Virus record (IMG/VR): IMGVR_UViG_3300017987_000006
Location: 64,001 to 128,000 of that record
Strand: one strand, 5' to 3'
Length of the DNA stretch: 64,000 nucleotides
Source: a virus
A program made the position numbers and the translations under genes. Positions 1 to 9,638 of the stretch are shown here, piece after piece. Each line of letters begins with the position of its first letter. The stretch's first letter is position 1. The notes beneath the pieces were generated by a model. The model did not search any database. It saw only the letters and a list, made by a program, of their open reading frames with translations, and was not told the DNA's origin.

Positions 1-1971
1 GACCCCGAACTCGACGTACAAGGTCGAGACACTATCAACAACGCCAGGGACCTGGCGGACGAGGCCGCCGAGCGCGGTCTTCAGGATGGGAGTCAGGCAA
101 CAGGTAACGGTACCACGGATGGTATTACCGCCCCAGTCAGCAACGTTCAGACGGCGACTGTTGCGGGCGCGTCGTTCGCCGCAAGCATGATCGGAAAGTT
201 CGTGACTGTGGCCAGTGCGACCAATCCGGCCAACAACGGCACCTTCCTGGTCACCGCTGTCCCAGGCGCGACGCAGATCTCCTACGTCAACTCCAGCGGC
301 GTTGTGGAGGCCAACACCTCGGCGACCTTTGATGTCTTCGCACCATATTCGGCGGCGGACAACGTGGATTTCACCGCCACCGATCGAAAGAACATCAAGG
401 GCACGGCCAGCCACACCACGGACGTTCCGACCTATGTCCGGCCAAGCGCGATCGGGACCAACGTCCCGGCCAACCTGACCAACATCGCCGGCAACACCCT
501 GGACGCGAAGGCGAAGGTCATCGACGTCAAGCAGGCCGGCATCAAGCTGCGCCCCTCGATCACTGACGGCGATCTGACGCTGGCGATTGGGGATGAGACG
601 GCCGAGTTCACCGGCTACCATTTCACCTCGGACGACCTGAACTCGTTCATCACGATCTCCGGGTCGACCGACGCCGATGGCACCTACCGCATCAAGGCGG
701 TCACCGACGGTAACACGCTGGAGTTGGATGGTCTGAACTCGGCCACGGCCGAGGGTACCATCACATGGGTGCTCGAGGGTGATCTCAAGGGGTATCTCAG
801 CTCCCGCAGCTATGCTGACGCGGTGGACCGTCGGGGCATTCCCATCGCGGATAGTGGAGCGGAGGACGAGACCGTATACGAAGCTACCTTTTGTGACATC
901 GTGGACCCGACGTCCGGTGGTCGTCCATCCGAGGAGGATGGAGACGCAATCTACGGCCGGAGCTTCGGTGATGAGAAGGATCCGAACAACACGGCCACCA
1001 ACGAGGGCACCCGCGCCTTCGTGCAGCTGATTACCGGGACCAACAACGGCTCGGCTGTGGACAGCAGCCTGGAGCCCATCTCCGGCCGTAGCGGCTCGGC
1101 AGCGTCCATCACGGGTGGCAACACGAACATCACCGGCTTGACCGGTATGAGCGACGAGGACATTGGTCGCTGGCTCACCATCTGGAACCTGGCTGCCGAT
1201 GAGGCGGGTCACTACCAGATCGCCACCATCGTGTCCGCCACTGAGGTCACGGTCACCCGCGGCTCGAACTTCACTGCCGACGCCTCCGGAGCTGTCAACT
1301 GGCAGGTTAGCCGACACCCGGGCACCTGGGATTTCTACACCCCCGACCGCTACCGCAAGGACGAGCTTTCAGAGACGGCGGACCGCACCACGCTCATCGG
1401 CGGGATCGTATCGGACGCCGAGCTGACGCTCGACATCGCGCAGATCCGCGAGTATATCGGCGCGGCGGATGGAGACACAACCCCAGACCTGGACAACACC
1501 GGGAACTACTTTCCTTTCTCAGATCTGTCGAACCCGGCCGACACCAGCCTGGAGGAGACGGTCAACATCCTCAACCAGGAGGTCGGCAACCGGGACTACT
1601 CTGCTGGCGCTTTGGCGGCCGTCAGCGGCCTGGCGGATGGACAGACCATTACGGCCAGCATCGAGGCCCTGGCGCTTGCGATCAGCAGCTCCAGTGTTAC
1701 CAGGACCATCGAGCGGCTCTCGGCGGCAATCCCCAAAAATACCGTGCACGATCTGCCGGCTGGCGTTTCTTACACGGTGGACGCGACAAACAACGGGCTG
1801 TATATGGACGTCTACTGGCGCAAGCAGCTTCGTGATCCTGGTCCCAACACTGTGTCCAGCAACGACTATGAGGAGACAAGCGGCAACGGTGGCGCTGGTG
1901 GTGTTGGACAGATCACTCCATATGAGCTGATCAAGTCCGGCGATTCGGTCAACTACTTCGTCCGGGCATAG
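1..1971 (+). CDS. Virion structural protein (5' partial; frame open from base 1), tail-associated, T/G/A/D-rich
   Basis: Frame 1 has no stop from base 1 to the TAG at 1969-1971, so the ORF extends upstream of the track's ATG at 187. Beta-rich composition and structural-gene context. Confidence 0.7.
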   Translation, partial: DPELDVQGRDTINNARDLADEAAERGLQDGSQATGNGTTDGITAPVSNVQTATVAGASFAASMIGKFVTVASATNPANNGTFLVTAVPGATQISYVNSSGVVEANTSATFDVFAPYSAADNVDFTATDRKNIKGTASHTTDVPTYVRPSAIGTNVPANLTNIAGNTLDAKAKVIDVKQAGIKLRPSITDGDLTLAIGDETAEFTGYHFTSDDLNSFITISGSTDADGTYRIKAVTDGNTLELDGLNSATAEGTITWVLEGDLKGYLSSRSYADAVDRRGIPIADSGAEDETVYEATFCDIVDPTSGGRPSEEDGDAIYGRSFGDEKDPNNTATNEGTRAFVQLITGTNNGSAVDSSLEPISGRSGSAASITGGNTNITGLTGMSDEDIGRWLTIWNLAADEAGHYQIATIVSATEVTVTRGSNFTADASGAVNWQVSRHPGTWDFYTPDRYRKDELSETADRTTLIGGIVSDAELTLDIAQIREYIGAADGDTTPDLDNTGNYFPFSDLSNPADTSLEETVNILNQEVGNRDYSAGALAAVSGLADGQTITASIEALALAISSSSVTRTIERLSAAIPKNTVHDLPAGVSYTVDATNNGLYMDVYWRKQLRDPGPNTVSSNDYEETSGNGGAGGVGQITPYELIKSGDSVNYFVRA

Positions 1972-1981
1972 GGTGTCGTGA

Positions 1982-2353
1982 GTGCTAAAACCCACGTTGT
2001 CGATCGGGGAGATTCCTAGATTCTCTTGCGGGTGCCGCAGGGATAAGCAGGGGAATATCGTCCGACGTCCAGGATGTGGGTGCTTGTGCCACGAGACGGA
2101 CGGCCCCTGCGACGTTCCCAACCCCCAGTTTCCGCACGATGGTAAATGCTCCTCCGGGCATTATGCACCGGAGGGCACTCGATTTTTTGCTGTAAGTGGG
2201 GAGACATTAGAAGCGTCTAGGACGGGCATCTACTGTGAGCCTTGCTTGATCGTAGCCAACAAGCTAGCAGCCTTGAAAAAGGAGGGCCTCGGACATACGA
2301 TAGACCCCGAAGTAGAGCTGAACAAACTTCTCGCGGAGGGAAACAATGAGTGA
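1982..2353 (+). CDS. Cys/His-rich hypothetical protein (putative metal-binding)
   Basis: CGC...CGCLCH...C and CEPC motifs; overlaps the start of the next gene. Confidence 0.6.
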   Translation: MLKPTLSIGEIPRFSCGCRRDKQGNIVRRPGCGCLCHETDGPCDVPNPQFPHDGKCSSGHYAPEGTRFFAVSGETLEASRTGIYCEPCLIVANKLAALKKEGLGHTIDPEVELNKLLAEGNNE

Positions 2354-2918
2354 TGGCAGCACCGGAACCGATCAAAAGAGGCATGGGTCTCATAAGGAGC
2401 ACTACGCTAAGCTGATCGACTCTTTTAAGGAGTTGGAGGCGCTGGCTGCGGCAGACGGAGCTCGGTTCAAGACGCTGGTCTTTACGCTGCTCAAGGCGTA
2501 CGAGACCATGAGGATTGAGCAGGAAGCTACAATCGCTCGCCTGGAGCGCCAGATCGAGTATTGCCGCGCCAAGCAGAAGAGCTGCTCTGAGTTCTCAGAC
2601 CTTTTGGTGGGGATGGTCGCGGTCCAGGTCCAGGAGGCCAAGACAGCGATTCCACCCGCTCCGGCTCCATCGATTGATCGTGCGCCATCTGATAAGGAAG
2701 TCCTAAAGACAATCTGCATATGCGGCTGTCAGGACGATGAAGATGCGGCAAATTGCGATTGTAGGTGTCACACAGAGGGGTACTGCGATGACGAGCGGTG
2801 TGCTGTCTGCGCAGCCAAGAAGTTGGCGCTGGAGCAGGAAACCTCCAAACGTCGAAAGCCACCAGCTCCGACGAAGAAGAAATCCAAGAAGAAGGCTAAG
2901 AAGAAGGCTAAGAAGTGA
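2346..2918 (+). CDS. Coiled-coil + Cys-cluster protein with Lys-rich histone-H1-like C-terminal tail
   Basis: Heptad-like region, CICGC...CDCRCH...C...CAVC, ends KKKSKKKAKKKAKK. RBS-like GGAGGG upstream. Confidence 0.75.
   Translation: MSDGSTGTDQKRHGSHKEHYAKLIDSFKELEALAAADGARFKTLVFTLLKAYETMRIEQEATIARLERQIEYCRAKQKSCSEFSDLLVGMVAVQVQEAKTAIPPAPAPSIDRAPSDKEVLKTICICGCQDDEDAANCDCRCHTEGYCDDERCAVCAAKKLALEQETSKRRKPPAPTKKKSKKKAKKKAKK
2886..2915 (+). repeat. 12-bp tandem repeat (AAGAAGAAGGCT x2.5) encoding KKKA units
   Basis: Read directly from the sequence. Confidence 0.8.
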
Positions 2919-3640
2919 GCCTGAACGATGAAGAATGGATCGGAGCCGAGGAGCTTGCCGCTGACGGCTCCGATGCCATCTTCGCGGGTGCCACAGTAGT
3001 CAGCACTACGTCTGGCACCAAGACGATCGTTCTGTCAGGAGTAGACCTATTTCGCCCACCGGAAGAGCTGGAGGAGAACGACAAGGTTATCCTCACAGGC
3101 ACATCGGGTGGCCTGGCTGATGGCACCTATACGGTCGATTCGATTACGGCTATCGCTACCCTGGTGGTCAAGGAGGCCATCGCTGACTCCACCGGCGGGA
3201 GTTGCGATGCCAGGCATCCGTCTGGTGCGGCCAAGGTCGGGCTTGATCCAACTGGCATGGGAAACGTCACGGCCACCGATGTCCAGGGGGCGATGGAGGA
3301 ACTTGACGGAGCCATTTCTACAAGCGGTCTCACGGAGCCTCAACACGAGGCCCTCGATGAGACGCTCGTCCATGAAATGGTTAGAGATGTTTGGGGCACC
3401 ATCTTGTACGGTTTGGGCGACGCTCGGCCTACCTCCCATACGATGTATCGCAATTTGGGGAAGACCACAAAGGACAGGGAGGTCACGATCACTTACAACG
3501 GTCCAGGTGGACGACCAGATACAGTAGTTATCGAGCAATTTGATACATCAGGCAATTCTATTACAGGTCAAACACTGACAGTAAGTTTATCGTATAATGC
3601 AGACTTGCTGCCCGATGACTACACAGTGGTGAAGAGCTAA
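2915..3640 (+). CDS. Virion structural protein
   Basis: Contains TATDVQGAMEELD, a segment typical of trimeric fibre/structural proteins; GTGA overlap with the upstream stop. Confidence 0.65.
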   Translation: MSLNDEEWIGAEELAADGSDAIFAGATVVSTTSGTKTIVLSGVDLFRPPEELEENDKVILTGTSGGLADGTYTVDSITAIATLVVKEAIADSTGGSCDARHPSGAAKVGLDPTGMGNVTATDVQGAMEELDGAISTSGLTEPQHEALDETLVHEMVRDVWGTILYGLGDARPTSHTMYRNLGKTTKDREVTITYNGPGGRPDTVVIEQFDTSGNSITGQTLTVSLSYNADLLPDDYTVVKS

Positions 3641-4467
3641 TGGGACTGATCAACTTCATATCGGCTGTCATTGACCGAACGACGCCGTTCAGTATCACAG
3701 GACGGTACGATTGGGTCCGATCTGCGACCGACCAATCTGGGGCTATGCTCCCTCCGAGAGGCACCTCGTTTCCAACAACCCCCGTGACAAACGAAGTGTT
3801 TTATCGGACAGACCTGGAGCGTTGGTATCGATGGGATGGGTCTGCGTGGCAAGTGGCATCGGCTAGTGGTGACGTAGTAGGCCCTGCAAGCTCGCTGGAC
3901 AACGCTTTAGTGCGATTCGACGGTACGACAGGTAAACTCATCCAGCAGGCTACGAACAACCCGCCGACGATGGATGACAATGGGCGCGTTCAGGGTACGT
4001 ACACCTACGCTCCCGCCGCGACGAACCCCACAGCAAATCCGACACCGGCTGATGGAGACAGGTACTACAACACTTCCCTACGGCAATGGATGCAATACGA
4101 CGGTGGGCGGTCCAAGTGGCTCAGCGTGGACACGTTCACGGTGCAGATGGGGAGGAATGGTTCTGTAGCATCTCCAGGGGCGCTGCGAGCAATCAACGGC
4201 ATGGCTCTGTCATCTGGAAGAGGCATCCCCACACCGAAGTCGACCATCGTTTACGTCGGTATCGCCAGGACAGACACCGACGCGAGCCAGATAGTGATCG
4301 GGCTGAATGACTCCTCGATTCACACAGTGAACACGAGCGCCACCTTCACTGAGGAGACGACCACGAATGTAGATGTCTCTGGAGGCAGGTTGCAGGGAGG
4401 CGTGCCCAGCGGGCAGAACGCCATCGATAACTGCCAAGTTCTGCTCCTCTTGAAAAGGAGAGCGTGA
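3640..4467 (+). CDS. Tail fibre-like protein
   Basis: WYRWDGSAW hairpin; GDVVGPASSLDNALVRFDGTTGKLIQ module shared with the next gene. Confidence 0.65.
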   Translation: MGLINFISAVIDRTTPFSITGRYDWVRSATDQSGAMLPPRGTSFPTTPVTNEVFYRTDLERWYRWDGSAWQVASASGDVVGPASSLDNALVRFDGTTGKLIQQATNNPPTMDDNGRVQGTYTYAPAATNPTANPTPADGDRYYNTSLRQWMQYDGGRSKWLSVDTFTVQMGRNGSVASPGALRAINGMALSSGRGIPTPKSTIVYVGIARTDTDASQIVIGLNDSSIHTVNTSATFTEETTTNVDVSGGRLQGGVPSGQNAIDNCQVLLLLKRRA

Positions 4468-6809
4468 TGGCGAACCAGACGATCATAGCCAACAACCAGA
4501 CTGGCGCGGCTATTGAGTTGCTGGCGCTCGGTGTGACCATTCCTGCGTCTGGTGATCTTGAGCTGACGTTGTACGCATCGACGTTCGACATCCTGGACGA
4601 TGCCCAACTGTTCGGTCTCGTAGACACCGATGAGATGCTGCTGACGTTGAACGGTACGCCATTGAGCAAAGCCGATTCGCTGGCATTGATGACGCCTCCG
4701 GTGACAGGAGATTTGGCACACAGTGATCTGACAGGAATCGCAGCAACAGATCACCACAGCAACGCCAACGATCCCACATCGGACCAGAAGGATGCGCTGA
4801 CGGGTGCGGGAGCGATCACCTCGTTGAATCCGTTGGTGTCCCAGGGGACACTTGATACACATACTGGAGACACATCGAATCCGCATAGTGTCACAGCCGC
4901 GCAGGCCGGTGCGCCCACGACTGGCGATTTGACGAGTCATACTGGGAACACGTCAAACCCGCACAGTGTCACGGCGGCACAAGCCAGCGCCATCCCGACG
5001 TCAGAGAAGGGTGCGGCCAATGGAGTGTGCGAGCTGGATTCCGGCGGCAAGGTGCCGGCCACGAAGATTCCAGCGGTAGCTTTACCGGAGGTGCATGTTG
5101 TTGCAGATGAAACCGCTCGCCTGGCACTTACTGTTCAAGAAGGCGACGAAGCGATCCAGACGGACGATGGTTCGCACTGGATCTATGACGGGTCAACTTG
5201 GCACCAGCGCACAGGTGGTACAGGGGATGTGGCTGGACCTTCGTCTGCTACTGATAACGCGGTTGCTCGCTTTGATGAATCGACTGGAAAGGTCATCCAG
5301 AACAGCGCCGTCACCGTTGACGATTCTGGTAACATCGCAACATCCGGCACTGTGGATGGACGCGATGTATCAGCAGACGGTTCCACGCTCGACTCGCATG
5401 TTGCTTCGACGGCGAATCCGCACTCTGTTACGAAGACACAGGTAGGTCTTGGCAACGTTGAGAACTTGAAGGTCAATCTGACTGCCACAGTAGACCCGAC
5501 AGCTGGTGACGATTCAGGCGACGGTTACGCGGTGGGTTCACGTTGGGTCAACGTCACGGATGATAGAGAGTGGACCTGTCTCGACGCAGCGTTGACGGCT
5601 GCGGTGTGGCAGCAAGTCACGGCTAACGACACAGTGCCCGCCCAGTTCTTTGACGGCTACGACGCAACCGGTGGGGTAGACATTTCTTTTGGTTGGACCG
5701 ACGTACCACTGGATACGGAGCGCAAGAAGGATGCACCGTTCCTGCACATAGGTTCTTCGGCCGAGGTAGAGATCGACGAGACTGATACCTATCTGGTGTT
5801 GGGTCGTATGGGTTGGGAACAGACTGGCAACAACAGTCGATCTGCAGTCAAGGTGAGACTCGTATTGGATACTGGTGGTGGCTATGTTGAGGTGCCGGGT
5901 ACTTTGAGTGTTGGCTACTCGCGTCAGATATCTCAGGGTGAGGATTCAGTCAGTTTCAGCGCGGTCATGGCACTATCCGATGGGAATAAGATCAAGCTGC
6001 AAGGCTCCAGGCACAGCGGGAATGGCATAATTGAGACTCTTGCAGATGGGTCTTCGCTTGTCATCGTGCGTATCAAGGGAGAGAAGGGCGACCAAGGTCC
6101 GCCTGGGTCTGGCACCACGTTGACGATGAAGGACGCCTCGGGCGACCTGGCGAACACGCCACATTCAGCGCTGAAGGTTACCGGTGCTGGTGCGACGTTC
6201 GTAGATGAGGGAAGCGGTGTTGCAGCGCTGAACATTCCCGGTGCGCCAGAGATCGATGAGCCGGAGAACTTCGAGGACTGGATCGCAGCTGTCGGCCCTC
6301 GTTGGTATCATAACGGTGCGATTCTCGAAGAACCGGGCGGCGTCGTTCGCCTCACGACGAGTGGAGCGAGTGGCGACAACAAGGACTTCGGGGAGTCTGC
6401 TCGTAGCTGGAAGGCAGCCAACAAGTTTCATTTCAGGTGCAAAACGAAGTTGGGACAGACTGCCAATTGCTATGTAGAAATTGGATTCGCTAATTTCTCT
6501 ACAGGGCACTACGCATTTTTCAGCAACGATGGTACAGCGGGTGCTTGGCGTTCTAGAACGCGAGACGGTTCGACTTACGAGAACACAGACAGCGTAGGTA
6601 CGCCTGACACGAGTTATCATCTGTTCGAGATCATCGCGGATGGGTCGGAGATTGTGTTCAAGATCGACAATGTGACAGTGGCCACGCACACGACTAACCT
6701 GCCGTCTGATGCGATGCTGGGATACAACTACATCGAGGCAACTGCCGCAGTGGTGGTGACCTTGGACAACGACTATATGCGGATCACATGTGAAGATAGG
6801 GTGAGCTGA
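4464..6809 (+). CDS. Long tail fibre / receptor-binding protein (NPH repeats, C1q/TNF-like domain, short collagen-like stretch, ConA-like C-terminal domain)
   Basis: HTG[DN]TSNPHSVTAAQ repeats, NPHSVTKTQVGLGNVEN, GEKGDQGPPG triplets, beta-sandwich-like C-terminus. Start is GTG 4464 or ATG 4467. Confidence 0.75.
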   Translation: MMANQTIIANNQTGAAIELLALGVTIPASGDLELTLYASTFDILDDAQLFGLVDTDEMLLTLNGTPLSKADSLALMTPPVTGDLAHSDLTGIAATDHHSNANDPTSDQKDALTGAGAITSLNPLVSQGTLDTHTGDTSNPHSVTAAQAGAPTTGDLTSHTGNTSNPHSVTAAQASAIPTSEKGAANGVCELDSGGKVPATKIPAVALPEVHVVADETARLALTVQEGDEAIQTDDGSHWIYDGSTWHQRTGGTGDVAGPSSATDNAVARFDESTGKVIQNSAVTVDDSGNIATSGTVDGRDVSADGSTLDSHVASTANPHSVTKTQVGLGNVENLKVNLTATVDPTAGDDSGDGYAVGSRWVNVTDDREWTCLDAALTAAVWQQVTANDTVPAQFFDGYDATGGVDISFGWTDVPLDTERKKDAPFLHIGSSAEVEIDETDTYLVLGRMGWEQTGNNSRSAVKVRLVLDTGGGYVEVPGTLSVGYSRQISQGEDSVSFSAVMALSDGNKIKLQGSRHSGNGIIETLADGSSLVIVRIKGEKGDQGPPGSGTTLTMKDASGDLANTPHSALKVTGAGATFVDEGSGVAALNIPGAPEIDEPENFEDWIAAVGPRWYHNGAILEEPGGVVRLTTSGASGDNKDFGESARSWKAANKFHFRCKTKLGQTANCYVEIGFANFSTGHYAFFSNDGTAGAWRSRTRDGSTYENTDSVGTPDTSYHLFEIIADGSEIVFKIDNVTVATHTTNLPSDAMLGYNYIEATAAVVVTLDNDYMRITCEDRVS

Positions 6810-6810
6810 T

Positions 6811-7989
6811 ATGGCCATCATCATCAAGAACAACGGCGACAATCAGTGGAAGTTGCTGGACACCAATCCGAGGGTGACCATCAACGCAGACAATCAGAAG
6901 GACCTGGAACTGATCGTCCCACGGATGCAGATCACCTACTCCCAACAACTGTTGAACGATTTGAAGAACGACGATCTGGCGTTGGTGGTCAACGACGGCT
7001 CAAAGGACCTTACCTTCGCCCAAGCCATCTGGCATATCTTCGGCTACGGCCAGCAGCTGCCGGTCAACGCCAGCGGGCGCATCCCCATCGACTCCTACAA
7101 GCCGGACGGCATCGGGATGATCGTCTGCTCCCACGACTTCGCTCGGCCAGAGTCGTGGTATGGAAACTCGGTTGAGGTAGTCGAAGAAGAGCTGACCAAT
7201 CCCTCACAGGATGGCATCACCTGGCGCAGCGAGTACAAATGGTGGATCGACCTGATGCACGGCTACGTGCCTCGGGAGGGAAACATCAACACCGACTATG
7301 CCATCAAGGTCGAGGTCAACATCAACGATGCAGGATGGGTGAAGAAGCTCGAGGGGCATGACTTTCTTGCCGACTACAAGCATGGAGAAATCCTCACTGC
7401 ATTCCTGAACCCTTACCTGTCCGACAGCGCCTACCGTGACCCGCAGAATCAGCCGCCCAAGTTGGGCATGGGGGCCTTGAATCCGGTGCAGGACAAACTG
7501 CGAGCCACCTATCATCACGCTAACGGTGCAGGGGCCTCGACGTGGATCATGGCCCCGACGCCTGGGAAGATTCGGCGCATCATCAAGACCGAGGTCAACC
7601 ACACCAACGACGTCATGATCCACTCGGCTGTGATCTTCTGCCCATTCCTGACCAATCCCGCTGACCCTGATGGTCCAAAGGTGCCGTACATGCCAGAGAT
7701 GGCAGTGTACAAAGGCGGTCAGTGCTTCGTGTCCGAGGGCAACCTTGGCACCGGGGTCATCCCGCCATTCGGTGGCGGCGCGGAGCGTGTGGGCTTCACC
7801 AAGCGTGGGCTTCGGCATGACACCTCGGTCAAGCCCTTCGACTACGTCTACGCCAAGGGGCTAGCCAGCAGCGTCGGCATGGAGCTGAGGGTGTGGATCT
7901 TGAACGACGTTCCTGTTGACGGGGAGTACGCCAACGTGACGTGCTACTGCTCCGAAGAAGACGATCCCAACTGGGTGGATCCGGAGTAG
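6811..7989 (+). CDS. Hypothetical protein (probably virion-associated)
   Basis: 392-aa ORF with genome-typical codon usage, tightly packed in the operon. Confidence 0.7.
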   Translation: MAIIIKNNGDNQWKLLDTNPRVTINADNQKDLELIVPRMQITYSQQLLNDLKNDDLALVVNDGSKDLTFAQAIWHIFGYGQQLPVNASGRIPIDSYKPDGIGMIVCSHDFARPESWYGNSVEVVEEELTNPSQDGITWRSEYKWWIDLMHGYVPREGNINTDYAIKVEVNINDAGWVKKLEGHDFLADYKHGEILTAFLNPYLSDSAYRDPQNQPPKLGMGALNPVQDKLRATYHHANGAGASTWIMAPTPGKIRRIIKTEVNHTNDVMIHSAVIFCPFLTNPADPDGPKVPYMPEMAVYKGGQCFVSEGNLGTGVIPPFGGGAERVGFTKRGLRHDTSVKPFDYVYAKGLASSVGMELRVWILNDVPVDGEYANVTCYCSEEDDPNWVDPE

Positions 7990-7992
7990 CGC

Positions 7993-8571
7993 GTGGCGCT
8001 CAAGAAGGTCATAGTCGGTGGCAGCGTCGGAGACAGTTGGTTGTCCCGAGCCATACAGTACTTCCAGCGCCTGATGCCACGGCGCAGAAAGGACTTGGGC
8101 GATGTTCCCTCTCACGCTTGGGCGGCTGGGTATTCGGAAGAGTTCGGCTGTGTGCTTGTGCTTGAGAGCACTCGGCATGGCTATCGTCCAACGGAGTGGT
8201 CGCGCTGGCTTGCGCACAGCCGCGTGGTTCGGGCGTACCATCTGCGGGACATCGACATGTCCCCCGCAATCAAGTGGGCGGGCAAGCAGACGGGGGTAAA
8301 GTACGAGTTTTCGTCCATCGCCCGGTACGTCTGGACAGTGCTGGTCTACTGGTTCACGTTGCGCTGGACTCATCGCCCGGAGAACACCCCCAACGCCATG
8401 ATCTGTAGCGAGGCAGCGACACGCTTCGTGCAGCAGGTGGGCGTGCTGGAGATCAGCAGGCCGGAGCAGATGACACCGCTGGAGTTCATCCAGGCCATCG
8501 AGCATGTGCCCGCTGCCGCAGACGTGACCAAGCAGGTCCAGGATGGATCTTGGTGGTCGGAGTTTGAGTGA
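7993..8571 (+). CDS. Permuted papain-like (NlpC/P60, YaeF/YiiX-type) amidase
   Basis: His (PSHA) precedes Cys (MICSEA), with the intervening A...G..Y pattern (WAGKQTGVKYEF) typical of permuted NlpC/P60 enzymes. Confidence 0.65.
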   Translation: MALKKVIVGGSVGDSWLSRAIQYFQRLMPRRRKDLGDVPSHAWAAGYSEEFGCVLVLESTRHGYRPTEWSRWLAHSRVVRAYHLRDIDMSPAIKWAGKQTGVKYEFSSIARYVWTVLVYWFTLRWTHRPENTPNAMICSEAATRFVQQVGVLEISRPEQMTPLEFIQAIEHVPAAADVTKQVQDGSWWSEFE

Positions 8572-8777
8572 TGACGCCGATCAAATGTGAAAAGCATCAG
8601 GAGTGGCATGTGCCAGATGTGGGGTGTCCGAAATGCCTAGCTGAAAAGCAGGGCTTCGTGCGTTGCGTGTGGTGTCGGCGAAAGATGCCGGCGGACAAGA
8701 TCGTCTGGCAGGATGGTAAGGGGCGGTGTCGCAACTTTGTCGAGTGCGACACGGCGAAGATGGAAGGTGAGAAATGA
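8568..8777 (+). CDS. Small Cys/His zinc-finger protein
   Basis: CEKH..CPKC and CVWC...C....C motifs; overlaps both neighbours. Confidence 0.55.
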   Translation: MMTPIKCEKHQEWHVPDVGCPKCLAEKQGFVRCVWCRRKMPADKIVWQDGKGRCRNFVECDTAKMEGEK

Positions 8778-9070
8778 GTCCGATATTCGATTGGTGGATC
8801 TTGCCGCACATGGCCTTCTTCTTGTGGCTCGCCTCGGCCATCCACAGCAAGTGGGAGCCTCGTTGGCGAGCCCACGTGCTGTTGTGGTTGGCGTGCTCCT
8901 TTGCCTGGGAGATCCCAGAACATTTCCTGCAAAGAATGTACCCCGAGACCTGGGTTGTGGTAGAACAGCCCATTAACGCATGGGTCGTTGACCCGTTGTC
9001 CAATGGGGCGGGGTGGTTAGTAGGTGCTCTAGTGGGACGTTGGTCGAAGAAAAGGAAGGCCAGGGCGTGA
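8774..9070 (+). CDS. Small membrane protein, VanZ/DUF2238-like
   Basis: About three hydrophobic segments with an H...WE..E...D...N..G pattern. Confidence 0.55.
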   Translation: MSPIFDWWILPHMAFFLWLASAIHSKWEPRWRAHVLLWLACSFAWEIPEHFLQRMYPETWVVVEQPINAWVVDPLSNGAGWLVGALVGRWSKKRKARA

Positions 9071-9378
9071 GCTACGAAAACTGCGCATTGAGTCTCGTTC
9101 CGGGTTTTGCTCCAGAAGTTAGACCGGAGGCACCACATGAACCTACTTTGGAAGACACCATCTGCTATCTCCGTTGGGCGTACCCGGAAATGATTGAGAC
9201 TCTCGACCAGAGGATGGAGCGCCAAAAAGCCATGGTAGATCGGCTCCTTAGAGACCGTGGCATCGATCCGGACGAGCTCGTCGAAAGGACGCCCAGTGAA
9301 GTACCGGACGACGAAATTGTCCGTTTCTGTTATCATGTTCTGAGGGACATCGAGTACATAGATGGGCTGCGCTGTTGA
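9067..9378 (+). CDS. Hypothetical protein
   Basis: Start moved to GTG 9067 (GTGA overlap with the upstream stop). Confidence 0.6.
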   Translation: MSYENCALSLVPGFAPEVRPEAPHEPTLEDTICYLRWAYPEMIETLDQRMERQKAMVDRLLRDRGIDPDELVERTPSEVPDDEIVRFCYHVLRDIEYIDGLRC

Positions 9379-9638
9379 TGGAAACACTCGCGATCAAGTC
9401 ATTGCTCCAACTTGGTGGTGGCTATGTTTTGGCCGCCATCGGTTTTGTCCTGTTCTTTTTGGAACGTAGGCGTAACAACCAGCTTCAAGAATCGAAAGAC
9501 CAGCTCTACGATCGACTGTTCGACTCGTCTGAAAGCGTGACCACGGCAATCACAGAGATTGGGGGAGTTTTAAGGGAGCATGATAGGATGCTTGACAACG
9601 TGGTAGAGACTACAAAGATGTTATCGGGGAGGCGCTGA
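9375..9638 (+). CDS. Holin-like small membrane protein (N-terminal TM + coiled coil)
   Basis: Single hydrophobic helix followed by ERRR and a heptad-like tail (BhlA-like layout); function inferred. Confidence 0.45.
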   Translation: MMETLAIKSLLQLGGGYVLAAIGFVLFFLERRRNNQLQESKDQLYDRLFDSSESVTTAITEIGGVLREHDRMLDNVVETTKMLSGRR

